Shown: positions 1-14,500, counted from the first letter of the stretch. The stretch is DNA of 64,000 bases from Tubiluchus corallicola (GCA_030141605.1 JAQGDQ010000029.1:992001-1056000); one strand, 5' to 3'. Translations and numbers: made by a program. The notes: a model not told the origin generated them from the letters alone.

Positions 1-932
1 TCAGTCTGTTTATTCGTCAACGGTTCATTCGTAACCTCTGTGTTTCAAGGTTCTTGATGTTTGTTTATTTACTTTTGTTTGTTGGCGGCACGTTTCAGAA
101 CCAAGCAAACAAAACATCGAAAGTTACGAAATTTTACAGGGTAGTCAGCGTCACATGATATGATTCTAGCGCTAAACTTCCATATTATACTTTTCTAAAC
201 CTCAGATTCATTAAGTTTAAGAAAAGAGATAATCTATTCTTTGCTTTGACAGTATGCAATAATTTCCTTTATTATTATAGACAAAAGATATAGGCGTGTT
301 GAAGTACACGTAATTGCATTATTAAATACCAGCAAGTGAAATTGCATTTAACTGCTAGACGTATACCTGATAAAAATTAGTGTCACCTACTCCCCTTTTC
401 TTCCCGTGTGTTTCATCCCCTGCAGCTTGTTTCATGTTGATTACATCAACGTCATTATTACCTATATAGCTCAAATGCTGAGTTAATTAAAACGCGCCGA
501 TAATTCTTCGGCTGAAATTGCATCCTTCCGGAAGAGTGCTCGTAGAAGCCTGTGAGATACCGCACGGATCGTAAAACAGACAAGTTCATATTTTTATTAC
601 AATGTTTGCTAGTTGCACAGCAGAGAAGTGTTTTATTCTTGGAAGCTACGTTCATCAGAATGCATTTTCTTGGAAAATGCCGTTTAAAGTTTTGCGCTGT
701 TATTATACAGTATGTATATAAATTCCGAAATAGTATATATCAGTCGAAACTAAACTTGGCTTTGAACCACGAACCCTCGAATTACAAGAATAATGTCTTG
801 ACCACTAGACCGTGCAGTCCCTTGTCAGGATATATTAACTCATCCTCTGTTTTTAAACTTGCTTTGGTAAAAATTGGCGTTAGATTAAATAGTGGGAACT
901 TTTTATAAATTACTGCAGGCTATGGCAATTCT

Positions 933-1102
933 AAATAGATTACAAAATTAATCCAATTACTTTTTAATTTCTCTAGTGAAAATAAACTAGCGGTTCAGAA
1001 AGTCGGCGGGTTTAAAAATTTCAAATTGATTACAAAGTTAATCTAATTAGTTTGAAATTACTCTAGCGTGTAGAAATTATAGCGCTTGGAAAAGTTGGGT
1101 GG
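933..1102. repeat. ~90-bp degenerate tandem duplication
   Basis: AAAT.GATTACAAA.TTAATC.AATTA...CTCTAG...TAGCG...AAAGT.GG occurs at ~933 and ~1023. Confidence 0.7.
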
Positions 1103-4100
1103 TATGGTGAGCTGTTGCATAAAACGTCTCTGGTTCATGGTAATTGCCTACTACTTCTTGCTCCTCTTTTTAGACCTGCAAATTTTGTTAGAAATTAACC
1201 CCAAAAAATGTTAGGTTGACGTCATTTATCTGTTTGCCCTAGATTACCTCATAAGTAAACTAAAAAATAGTGCTTAAGCACCAAGCTTAAACTAAAAAAA
1301 AATTCAGACATAAAAAATGGCCCTTCAGAATAATTGGATCATTTGAATCAATTAACGCAGATTAATTCTTATTGACTGGAACAGTGACTGTGAATAAAAA
1401 ATCCCACAATTAAAAGCACAAGGAAAAGGAGAGCCAATGCAACATTCATAAGGAATTACTAGAACTACTAAACTAGCTCACTTTTGTGAGTTTTTTGTTT
1501 ATATTATTAGCATAAAAGGATATTACACCAAAAGACTACAAGCACGTAGAAAAATGTAGAAGCACGTTAGTTAAAAACATAAAGGGGCAACACAAAAGCC
1601 TAAAATCAGTAACCACAATCACAGAATAGAGCACAACAAAAATTAACGTTTTAACATTGTAATCAATTAGCATTATGACACCTACGAGCCAGTTTTAATA
1701 TAACGTTAACGTCGGTGAATTCTGACCTCTTCTGCTGATTGTTCGTAAAGATATTAAAACGAATAAGGCCCGCAAATACACTGTGATTAGCCCTGCAGGT
1801 AGTATAGAAGCCTATATAGAAGCCTGACAATGCAATTTAATAACTCGCATGATGGTAACGAACTTTCGGGTTATTGTGACTGTGTGACTATGACGGTAAT
1901 GATGACTGTGGCGAGTTGGTCACATGTGCATGCAGGAAAGATAATTAGCGTCATTATCTGTTAATCAGATTCTGCGTGCGTTGCCACTGTTGCGTTGCCA
2001 TTCCGTAATCTAATTCGGTCTATACATGATTAGTTACCGCCAACTACAGACAGCAAAGGCTTCATTAGACATTTCTTCATAGAACTTCTTGCATGTAAGG
2101 TCTCTTCGAAGGTCAGATCCAGCAAACAAGTGAACTATTTGAGGGTATAATTTGCAAAAAACTTTTTGTTTCAGATTGTTTGCGCACAATTGTTGATGCA
2201 AATAATATATTAAACTGCTTATGCGCTGAGATTATCTTTTGCGTCATCTTCGGTATGGAAAACTGCAACGGTGTTTAAAGCAGATTATTAAAAATTTTCT
2301 ATCTGTGGTATAAAGTGTTTACGGACAATCCAAGTTCCAACAATCTAACATCTTCATCCGGCATTTCAGTTGTCATAAAAACATTATTTAAACTTGTTTT
2401 GTTTTGGACAGCTTCTGAAATTTCCAGCCATTTGCTCTTTGACGCTATTTTTATAGATGAGATGATAAACACTGAAATCACTAAATTAGTACGATTAATT
2501 TTCATTGCGTTTTCCATAACTGTTTCAAGAAAAGCACATTTAGAAAATCAATTTTCTATAAAATGGTGTCGTTGTGTTACGACGTTCATAAACCGATTCG
2601 ACTGCAATGTAATATTCAAGCAAAATTTGCTTCGCTATTGTTAAATGCAAAGTGTGTAATGGGCCCACGTAAGCTGTATGGGCAGTAATTATTTCTTATT
2701 AATTTCAGTATACATTATTAATTTCTTATTTCTTGCCAATATAACTTTTAGTAGACCTTTTTTAATAAACATTCACTTTTTGAGGCGTGAAAATCTTGTG
2801 CAAACTGTAAACTAATCTTGCATGGAGCGATTGCAGTGACTCGACTGAAAACTAATTACATTGCAGCACTTTTAACGTAAAATTGCTGAACTTGTGCTAT
2901 TAGCGTTGTGTGTGACATAAACTTTATTACATATTTTTTTATCAAACATACATTATATACTTACGTATCGCCAGTGAGAATATCATCTACTTTTTAGCTT
3001 TTTAGTCTTACACTAATTTAGACTGGTAACAACTGTAAACTGTGCTATCGTTAATACAGCAACTACTTTTATTAGGCATTTTCGTATGTTACGTTGTTCT
3101 GAGTGTGGTTTCACATTACACGTGGGTATTGTACTAAGTATAGAATGAATGAATAAATGAATTTGTGTAGCAACCGCGCAGAAATTCTTAGTCTTTTGGA
3201 ATTCTCTCGGGTAACTATTATTGCTTTGCACTGAAGAAATCTTGTGGAAGAAAGTGTAAGATTCTCAAAATAGAATGTTGCAAATCTACATGTGGCTTAA
3301 CAGCCTTGTGATATTTTTGTGTAACTGTCCCCTGTGTTTTATTTTTAGTAATGCTTATGTTAGCCACGTATTGAACAGGTGTATGCATGCGAACCAATTA
3401 TGTGTCTCCTGGGATTTCGTGGGAAATAGACATGTAGGATGATTAGATGTGGTGGCGTTGTCATAAGAGGTGGAAGTCGTTATCTTAATGCAAATTGCAC
3501 AAGGTACAGTAATACTGGGAATACTATCAATGGTACATTAATCCCGGGAATACTATAATGCTGAGAACCTAAAGTCAGGTTTGTTTGCGTATCAATGCAA
3601 CTGGCAATCTATGAACCTCTTTTAAAGCAATCAAAAACTTTCCATTATAGAACATTTTCTAGAATTCGACAGAACTGTAACTTACAATTCTCTATTTAGA
3701 TTCAATGGTTTTGTTCTTTCTGCGTCGTCACTAGATGGCTCTGTACCACAATGTGGTGAGCATAGATGGTAGTGAACTCTCGTACGCTGTAGGCGGCCAG
3801 AGAGATTTATTCTTTTCAAAACTCGATGTGCGTGCGTCAAAAACGTAGGGTTTAGTCTAGGTAATTGTCTGTTGCATAAATGCAAACACCTAGAAATGCT
3901 TTTTCCTGCATGTTACGTTTGCATGGTAGCGATTTTCCCATTTTAGATGTGTTTGTAAGTATTTCAGCAAAAAGATGTTAAAATTTGCCTTACTAACTTG
4001 CCACAAAAACTCTCTCAAAAAGGAGATCATTACGAATTTTGGCAGCACAATCATTGATAATTTTCCCATCGAACCGCGTAAAATTTCGAGTCATAATTTG

Positions 4101-4454
4101 AACATGTCTGTTTTCATAGAATAAACCCTATGTCGCAGACATAAAATTTATAAAAAAAAGCAAAATACCCCGCTAGTGACTTAAGTTGAATCATACAATT
4201 TAGGCAACTGTGGCAGGGGAAATGAACTTGCCACCCACTGTGTGATCTTATGACTTATGAGTACGTTATAGTAATTGTCGGGTTCCCGCGTGTATGTAGA
4301 CACATAATTGCATACCGTTGATACATAATTGCATACTGCCTACATATTATTAAATGGGAAACTGTAGGTGTATGTCCAATGGTCCATATATCTTTGAGCT
4401 AGCAAGACAATAGAGCAATTTTATAAATCAAAAGAAATACAAACAGGTATGTTC

Positions 4455-4480
4455 AGGCCTGGGGTTCGAATCCTGCGTGA
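4455..4480 (+). mobile_element. tRNA-derived SINE-like remnant (B box)
   Basis: AGGCCTGGGGTTCGAATCC contains a perfect B box; similar to the copy at ~50527. Confidence 0.35.
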
Positions 4481-7400
4481 GTTAGGTTCTACGCCTTTAT
4501 AGGGGTGTTTCATGTTATGTGATAATGCCACTGTATTGCTGTTCTGTTGAGTAAATTTTTGATAAGTTGTTGTTGTTAGATTATATTGAATAAATGTGAT
4601 TTGAAATTGAAATTGAAATAAAAAAGTAAAAAACAGTTTGTCAATGCCTATACGTTATCTTGCATTTTACGAAGGTTAAACAAAAATAAAAGCTATAATT
4701 GTTCCTTTAAAAGATATTAAATAGAACAATGATCTCAATGATCTTCGTTAGGAATAGATATATTACTCCTGTGCATATATAGTTTTTCATAAGAACTTTT
4801 TTCACCTTAATTTCTAAGCGGACACTTTAATTCTAATTGGGCTATTCAAATAAACTCCCCTGAGTGTTTCAAATTTGTTTCTTATCGCTGAATAGATTTC
4901 ATCTATGTTGTTGTAAGCCAGTAATCTCATGCTCCCACAGTACGCTGACCCATGTATGCGAACCTCTCATTCATTGTACCTAGACTTTTTCTTTTGAAAG
5001 ATTACAACTTCGGATAAGTGGTTTAGTTTTTATAAAGCTTTTTGACATATTTAGTACTGTACCTATAATGTTAACCTCAGAAATTTTTACATTTTTTATT
5101 ATTTTGCCATTTTGCTAACATAATGAATTGTAACATTGAAGCGATTGTCAAATACTGGAAAGTTCCAGGCGTGTGTGTAAGTGAATGTGTGCGTGCGTGC
5201 ATGCGCACTTATCTTTATGTCTTCAAGGCAATTGAAGGTCCAATCCATTGAAATTTGCCCATGTAAGAGTCATAATCTAGGAGAATTTTACTAAGATTCG
5301 AAAATACACCGAATTAGGGGGAATTTTACTATGACACATTTTAAAATACACCGAATTTGCTTCGAAATTCATTTGTGTCATATATTAGAGAACACCGTGG
5401 TGTTTTTAAAATGCCTAAATGTATTGAAAAGCTGTGATATTGTTAATCGTATTCACCATGGCGCATGATGCACATTTGTTTAATATTTTCTATGTTACTT
5501 ATATTTATTTAATAAGGTATGAATTTATCAAAATGTGGGGGCGTTGTAGGCTTATGTATGATACTTCATGTTACGTATCAACGGCCTAGGCGTAATTCTG
5601 TACTCACATTTACACGCATACTTATTTGGGCAAATTTCATGACGTTTTCGCTTACACTATACTTCATAAAGGAAGCACACGTAAGTACCCTCAAACACTT
5701 GCTCCAGATTTCTATACAGACATATTTTATAATTTTAACTAGACAATGTATAAAATGTGACATTCAAGCCTTAACTTTTACATGTTATTTTATATTACGC
5801 TCAAGGGTGACCGTTTCATACGTACAATTGCTTGTGGATTCGCCTTTATCTGTAAGAGGCAAAAGTCCAATCTTAGCTATAAACAATTTTCGTGATAGCT
5901 ACATTACGAAGTTTATACTTGTGCTTATAGTGACGTGTTTTATACCTCAGATTAGATTTATACGTCTATACAGGATCTATTTAAAACCACATACTTAAGT
6001 TAGCTTGTGAGCACTTAAACTGCATTTCCTATAGTCATACGCAATGTAGAAAATAAATTTAATCTAAAGAGTGAGTCTGTATAAAAAGCCAAGCTGTTGA
6101 AGTTTTTCTCGAAGTCGTAAGTACAGTTCTTAGTTTTTGCCGTTATAGCTAAGCTAAGCCTTGGTTGTTAGTGCAGTTTTTCTTACAAATACACATTACA
6201 AATAAACTAAATATCGTTCAATTCAATTTTTACTTTAAAGCGTGTCGGTTATGCTTTAACAATAATTTCTTGTATACAAGTATTTATTTACATTTCAGTA
6301 AATCAAACGCATAAAATGTGTTAACCTGCAATGAGCTATTTAATTGCGCTACTTGTTAATTCATATGAGACTTCAACTAGTTTGGTTTGGCAAATTGAAT
6401 TTGTTTGCAACGTCGTCGTTAGTCGTAAAATTAAATAGCCTTATCCACATCGTGAACACATGATTGCTGTACCTTTAAATTTGTTTACAGTGTTTACAAG
6501 CCTTACATCTTTGCAAGAAATGACTAAACCTGTGCTTATTTGATCTTACTTATGAAACAAAATAATATATCATATATTATACACAAATTAAACTAACAAT
6601 TTTTTTAGAAATCTAGTACAGGGAATTTGTAGCAAGTTAGAATAGATATATTAGTTTCCGAAATTATATGTAATTTACGTATCAACTCGAATGTCTTTAC
6701 TCTTGCATGTAAGACGATCAAAACGCATGACCAATGACTCTTCAACCGAGTTACGGAGAGTAGCTTATGATTTCGTCTTTTATCACACGTGCAAATTTTT
6801 TTGGAGCATGATCCCGAATAGCTCGTACACAAGTGTCCTGTAAAACTGATATTTAGTGACTCACATTGTCACATAAAAGTAGTCAGTGGAATATCATGCT
6901 GTATATATAGAACTAATTATCATTATCGTCTTGTTCTTGTCTGGTATTATGTAAATACATGTGCGAAATCATCAGGTGTGCAAATAGAATAATGATATAC
7001 GGCTAATAGGCGTGTATCTGGTATGCACCTTGCAAAATACATATAGCTGCGTGTTTTGTAACACCACATGACTGGAAACTTAGAAGTTTAACAAAAAAGC
7101 TTAATGTTTTATAGAATTATGGGTAACGGATATAATTAAGAAAAAGTTTAAAGCATAGGCATGACATTTAAAGCGTCTCTATGGGCTATAGAACAGGTCA
7201 TAGACATATACAAGTCATTGAGACGTATTGAATAATTAATACCTTATCCTAAGGGATAGCGAGGGTTCATACTCTGAACTATACAAATTGTAGAGATCTC
7301 TTGAGAGTGTGAGTAGGCGCGGTTCAAAATTATCTTCCATCTTACTGATTGGACCTACCCAAAGTTCCTTGTGCATCCCGAAGGCTTACACTCTTCTGCA

Positions 7401-8457
7401 GCGTGTCTGGTTTCGTTGACTTCTCCAAACTTCTATTATCTCTTAGCAAACCATTACTGGAATCTTATCCCGCAAGCAAAATGCTTTGTTTGCTGAGCAC
7501 ACAAAACCACAGAAGTTCATTTGAGTGACATTGTGAGCAGGTCCTGGGGATTAGAAAAAGTCACAGTGCGGGATTATTAACTTTTCCGTGGTATGATACT
7601 TGTGGATCTTAGGCAGGTACCTGTGGCTTGGGGGATTTGCGTGAATCAAAGTTAAAAGCACGGACACTCAACAATGCATTGCAAGGAAAGAATGGACTGA
7701 ATCCCCGGATCTAATGCAAAAAAGTGTTATGAAAACAAGGTTGCAAGATAGAAGGATGAATTTCCTAAAATGAGTTAAGCTTTGTGTAGATTCATTGAAA
7801 AAATTGCCGACTATATGGAGTTTTTGGTTTCAAGAGTAAGTTTTTCTTCGATTGCATGTCGAAAATCTCAAAGAATTTTTGCCAGTTAAGCGAAATATTT
7901 AACTGTATGGACCAAGTCTATTCTACTGTGTTGTACTTTGTTGGTAGAGAAAAACGCTTCTTCACATACAAACACATTTCCTGGGTGTTAAGACATTAGT
8001 CATCTCAAAGTCTTTAACCTTGTTTTAGTCTATGGCAGCAATTTTTGCTTACTTTAAACTTTCTTCTTCACTACCTAGTTAAAACGCTGTCTCTATTACT
8101 CAGGTTGTAACAACAGTTAGTTCTGTGGCAGCGCAGTGAAGCATTACCATCCATTTCATGCCTGCTGAGATGAGCCCAGGTCAGCGGTCCACACTCTTCA
8201 CTGGCAACCACCTCTTTAGCGGTTAACTGTGCTCTACGGTGTAGCTCTCGCCTGCAGTTTCGCATTTTTTACAGCAAATGATTGTGCTCATATCTTGTGC
8301 TTTTTGAGTCTTTAGTCAGGTTGTGATTAACAGATGGAAATTACAAGTCTTAGCATGTTTTTCTTGATTATCTGTGGTTAATGAGGAACGCCTTAAGCTA
8401 CAACTAACAGGAAGATGTAGCCAGCAGGTTTTGTTGTTGAAGCTATCAACATCAACC

Positions 8458-8588
8458 ATGGTGGTGACGCTTGTGATGTGGGCCGCTGTTGGCGTTTATT
8501 GTGCCGTGGTTGCTCTGATATGGGGATACATTCTGAAAAATAGGAGAATGTTGGGAGGGTATGGTTGCGGAGGCGATTCTGAGCACAG
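8458..8588 (+). CDS. RAP1GAP: Rap1GAP candidate first coding exon encoding a hydrophobic signal-anchor
   Basis: ACCATGG Kozak context; encodes [43 protein letters not shown]; ends AG|gtaatg in phase 2, in frame with exon 9274. Confidence 0.6.
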
Positions 8589-11500
8589 GTAATGAGGAGC
8601 AGAAGAAGGCACTAAAACATTGCAGTATTCTTGGACACAACTCCACACACAACCTTGGGATCAATTTATAATTTTAAAGTTCAGAATGTTTCGTGTTATT
8701 ACTGAAACACAATATCGTACTATTCTTACATGTAAATTGACATACTACTTTTGCATCGTGTTTGCATTCCTGATATGCATTCTTTAAGAGGCGCCATTAT
8801 GTTTAATGAGGACCCACTAATGATTGTATAATAGAATTTATGTTGACTTCATATAGGTTTTGCGTTACAAGCCGCTAGTCGTAACCAAATGCAGCTTTAT
8901 TGTAATTTTGTTCTAGCTCACTTACAAAGTTTGTGGACATCATACGTTTTTGTCACAATTATAAAGTCAAGTCAAATCGACACCCCATTTTTGTATGACT
9001 TGCATAATGCTCTTAAGTAATTTTGTCTTTAAATAAGACAGGGAGGTGTGAGAAACACTCACACGTGTGCACTAGGAACATTACAATAGAAATCACTGTG
9101 GGAACAAATAATTAATAACCGTGTCGCCTCTGCTGTGCTTTTGACGCCTTGTCATTGCTATTACTGTTGAAGATATACCTACTGCTGAAGAAATATGTGG
9201 TGTTACGTAATAATGATACCACGTGATGTTATGTAATATCATCTTAATAACGACATTCTTTTTTTAATTACAGAAAGCAAGGAATGGATGGGCAGCTCTA
9301 CTGTGAGTCCCACGAATCCATGGCACCTCTGGAGAAAGAGCAGAAGAATGAGAAGAAAACAGGACAGGTAAAGGCAATTTAGTTTTAGTTTCTTTCTCTT
9401 AACGTTAAATTAATCATGCTAGTTTAGTTATAACAAGATTATGAGGGTGTAGCTACGCCATCAGAGAACACAAACACAAAATTGCTTAAATGTGAAGATT
9501 TCAAACGTTTCTAATCGTCATTGTTTCATACCGTGAATTCATTATTTCAGATTTCTAATAACTGCTTCAACAGTGTATTCATGATAAGGAAAGAGTGATG
9601 ATTTAAGAGAGATGAAACGTCATAACTGGCCGAGTTTTGGTTGTTGATGTTTTCTCGGATCACTCACACTGTTGAGCTTAATTTCCAGTTGACGTGAAAC
9701 TCGCTAATACGATATTTTCTCAGAAAACTATATTAAAAATTTCTTTCTTGCTAAAATTGTCTCATTTAAACAAAGGACACTCTAACCAGGGCTGCTTAAA
9801 TTTTCTGTTTAATGTGACGGGATTCCTTCAAAGTCTTTGGGAATTTGCCGTGTTTAGGGCGAGATTTCTGAGATGGGACTGTAGATATCCACGCCCATCG
9901 GTCTTCAAATGTTTAATAAACTGGCAATGAACGAATTGAGCACATAGCACATGCCACAGTAATATTTTTTGTTTGTTTAGCTGTCTTTTTGGTTAGTAAA
10001 ATACCTTCGCGAGAAGACACCGACTTGTTGGCTGGTAATTAATGACCTTTCTGCACCTTACACTGATTCTTTATGAGCTAGCTAACTAATCAGCGCTAAT
10101 AAATAGTATATGCGTATAATTATTTTCCTCTGTGTATAATGCGCATAGGTGTTCGTGCAGTTTTACCGGATGGCTTATACATTTCTATACGGCTGAAACT
10201 TCCTTTGGGCGATTTTAATGAGATCTACTCCAGGTGGTAACTAATATACTGAAACGACAAGCCGCAATTTATGTATTGAGGTTAAACCTTATAGAAGCAT
10301 TGTCCAAGAGCGCACTAGTACGCATTTATTGCTCTACTTTGTCAACTTTGCGCGTGCTTTAATGTACGTGGCAAGGCTACTCACAATTTTAGGGAGGTGC
10401 TAAAACTCATAACGAGAATAAAATGTTCGGAGTAAAAGTAGTTAAAAGACTCTTTTTTAAAACAAATTATGGTATCTGCATACGAAGCAAAACGTAACGA
10501 TATGAAACTTTACGCTTTTGCAAGGCTTTGATCCTACTTAAAGCTTATTGATACATAAAATCGCCAAACAATTCCAAATAAGTCAACAAATAAAGAGCCT
10601 TGACTCGTTGTTCACAGTTGATATCACAGGAGAAGTTGCGTGGCCTTGCTGGAAGTTGCTGCACGTAAAAATGTGTCTAAAGTTGACGTATCTACTAAAA
10701 ATGTGTCTAATGAGCATGACCGCTGCAGACTTTCACAGATCTTATGCATGTTAAGTTATCCAAACGCAGACAGGCGTAACGAAAATGCAAGTCCACTTGC
10801 AAATGTCAGTGTTCTATGCTTTAGTGTTGCATCCAAAAAACAAAATGTTTGTGTTTTCTAATTTGTGTCAGTCAGTTATCAGTAATTGGTCACCCCTGTT
10901 AAGGTCTCAATGTTTATGTGTCTAATTGTGTTTATTGTTTAATAAAAAACTCTGTACATCGACCTTTTTGCAGTCACATGCAATATAATGAACATTTGCA
11001 CTTTCATTTTTAAATGGATGAAAATATCGTTTTGTTTTGTCTACTCCTTAATGACTGGTCTGTTAGTTAAGACTTTATTAATCATTACTTTTGTATTTAT
11101 AGTTTGTATCGGTAGTAATTTACCATTTTGCCGGGTTACTTACGTATGGTATAGTTTTGTTTTGCATTTTTGCCTTCATGTACTCATTTTTCAACAAATG
11201 GCATGCAATTACTTACACATTGTATGTCCATTATTAATATAAATCACTTTTTAATAGTTGTCTATGGCTTTACCTTAAGATATTTAAGTGATCTTTTCTT
11301 TATGTTCATTTCTAAAATTGAACTTCATTAAAGACTCGAACTTGGAACTGCTGGAGGTCCATGACTTTTATCTAGCCGCTGACTTTCAGTTAAAACCGAA
11401 GGAGACGAATTAAAATTTATTTCTATTCTAAAGTGGACATTGACGTCATAGCTTCGTCCGTTTGTCAGTCGAATGACAGGAATAGCATTGAATTCGCTGA

Positions 11501-14500
11501 TTCCACTCACAAAAACATCAAATATACAAAAGGGTTGATAGTGCATGTTTTAATCCTACTCGTAAAATTTTTACTCGGAAATGCTTTTAAGCTCTTTGCT
11601 TCAAGTTGATTTACATGATTATATCCCTGTGCGCAAGCTGTGTGTTTGTGAAGCGGGTTGTTTACGCTGAGGATGTTTTTGTTTACGTTTGAAGGCGTAA
11701 AGGCTTTTCGTTGCCAGAATCTGGGTTTTGAATACACCGGCTTCATAATGTTCTCACCAGGCGCATGTAATTGATCGCTAATTTGATAAGAAATTACCTA
11801 GCCTAAAAAGTGTGAAGGCGGCAACATGAACGAGAATACCAGAGTAGCTTGTACCGTATTCTGCCAATACGTGTACGCTTGATACTGTATTTATAAAATT
11901 TTATCCATGCCTTACGTAATTTGTTGTAAACATTTTACTGATTCCAAATTGCTGGTATACCCTTTACTAGAAAAGTTGATATAATTGTTAAAATTTACGG
12001 TTTCGGTTATTATTGGAGGCCTGGTGTTAGCAAATATATTTACTGCGATGTTTTCGTGCTAACTGAGAATAGGAGATTTATATTTTTCTACGTCTACCCT
12101 TTCTGAGCCCACTTTTGTTATATGAAACAAGGAAGGTGTAAAATATTATTTTCAAAATAACAAAATTTGAACTTCATTTGCTTGTTTCAGTTTCTAGGTG
12201 GTAAGTGTCCTGACCTTTCTGTTTTGATTTCCGTAAATGCACGATGATGGTAATGATAACGGCGATGACGACGATTATAGTTATGATTATAATTACTGTT
12301 ATGTGTAAAACTACAGGTGGAACATAGTAATAACACTGCTTAGATATTTAGATAACTGACAAATTAGCGAAATTACAACTCGATACAGTTTCGTGTACTA
12401 GAAACACCTTTTAAATATTTTTGGGGAATGTACCTTTGGTTTAGATGTGCTGTCTTTATAGTTCCAAATTTGACCTCAAGACGAAAGGTTGCAAAGTATA
12501 AATTAATGTCTGTGGCCCTTTGCTTGCATGGTAATTAGGTACCAAACTTTAACCGTGTCAGTAATATGTGGGGCAAGGTGAGGTAAGGTTTGTTGTGTAG
12601 CGAGAATACACAGACATTACTGCTCAAGTGTTGTAAGCCTGTATTAACGCTACCTCATGGCCCTAATCTGTTTGGTTTTGATTAGTATTTTAGTAAGTAA
12701 TGGTAGTTGTAATGAGAATATGATAAGGTATTTTAGTATAAGAGAATTGGGCATATGGTCTCTTGATTTGGCACTATGTGCCGTACTGTGTCGTTGTTGG
12801 CGATTTGGTATAGCTACAGATGCATGTGAACGTAATTTGTTTTTGGTGATATGGTGTGCTGTTCACATGTAAGCACTGAATGAAAAATCGGCAATATGTA
12901 TCTTCTCCTTTTCTCCGGTTTAGCAGAAACGTACTTTTAACCCACATGGCAAATCAACAGGCCCTAGTACTGTGATAGTACTGTGAACAATGAAACATAC
13001 TCTCTTTCACTCTTTCTTGTGGTTGTAGATTAAACTAGTTACTATTACTACGTACACGATTACAAGTAAATGTGAACTTTATAGGAATTTGCTATGGTCA
13101 TAAAAATATAATGTGAAATAATGCAGAAAACCGTCTCGAAATCCAAAACAAGTTCAAGAAAGTTTGGGTGTTTTTATTGGACAGTATTGGATATCAGTAG
13201 ATGGACAAGTATGAGATTTCTCGGTGCTTTCACTTGGAGCATTTGTCAGTAAACTCATGACCTAGTTTGTCAGTTTGTCGGTGTCCACGACCACACAACC
13301 TCAGCATGCGAAAAGAGGAACATCAAATTGGCTCGTTTATTTTACGTAGAACCTTTGCCACGTGTGAACGCATCTTTAGCAAGCATTTCTAAAGCATTCA
13401 ACCTGCACAAGGCTGTGTTGACGAGCATCCAACATGCGTTTTCATTTCTAAAGTATCAGGACTCATTTGGTTTAACTGCAAAATTTAGCATTATTACAGG
13501 GTTGCATACATGGCAAGCAGCATGCTATTCAATCTCAAATTACGTATGTTTTCGAAAAATAACTATTGAAAATTTTTATTAGACATCCCCAACAAGTAGT
13601 TAGCGTCCTGGCTCTGACGTACTGTATCGATTTTAAGCTGTTTTCAGTAAGAGGACCAGAGGTGAAATAGGAACTGGTACATGATTGTGGCATTCGGGAA
13701 CATTGTGGAACATACAGGTCTATTGTTGTGGAAAAAATTTCCTTTCACGTGAAAAAACTGCCATTTTAAGGATAATATTTACTCAGTCTAGAGATTGTCT
13801 GAAGGCAACGTCCTTCGCCCGCACTAAGCTTTCATTTAGCCAGTTGTCAGATAATCATTATCGAGTAGGTAATGGGGTCTCTGTTCCTAGGTAATGGCCT
13901 GTTGTAAATAGACGCACCGTTTCAGTAAATCATTTATTTACCATCAGTATTATTTTCTACAGTGTTTAGCCAAAAGAAAATTTTGCAAGTAAACAAGTCT
14001 AAATAATTTGCAAACTCTTTTTTGGTTTCCTGCCAAAAAAAGAAACATCTTTACTTGCACTGCACATACCACTAATGTTAAGCTGTCTTCACAGGGCGAA
14101 TATATGCAATATTCAGTTCAGCAGATTCACTCGGTCCTTGTGCATACAAGATTCAAGTCACACATATTTTGGGTTTAGATTACACAGCTTCGTTATCACT
14201 CAGAGATTAGATTTTTAGAAGTTACTGTACAGCCCAAATGTTTATATAAGAATTGCAATTCAGAATCGTCGAACTAAAAGAACGGCTAAAGGAAAACAGC
14301 ATGTATACAACTCACCATTCTCTGTCTGACGTTACCATACATTTTTACTTCTAATCTTTGTTGCGGTAAAATGATGTCATTACTAATTAACCTTTAATAA
14401 AACATGAATAATGTTGAGCGGATACTATCATCATGAATTCGTTGGACTATTAACTCTTTGTTATCAGTTTGAAGCCTGTGTTACAATTTTTGTGTTGTCG

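Noticed and set aside
458-8265. ORF-track ORFs in the first 8 kb (e.g. 552-908, 2315-2644, 5519-5998)
   Set aside because: No recognisable motifs, composition typical of random AT-rich sequence, many non-ATG starts and no coherent splice structure.
12657-12872. Signal-peptide-like [17 protein letters not shown]...
   Set aside because: Hydrophobicity reflects T/G-rich sequence; its plausible donor (AG|gtattt) is phase 2 and incompatible with the phase-0 GoLoco exons.
13685-13894. ORF ending at an AG|gtaatg donor, and nearby ATG GGG TCT (myristoylation-like MGSLF)
   Set aside because: Phases 2 and 1 do not fit the downstream phase-0 acceptors.
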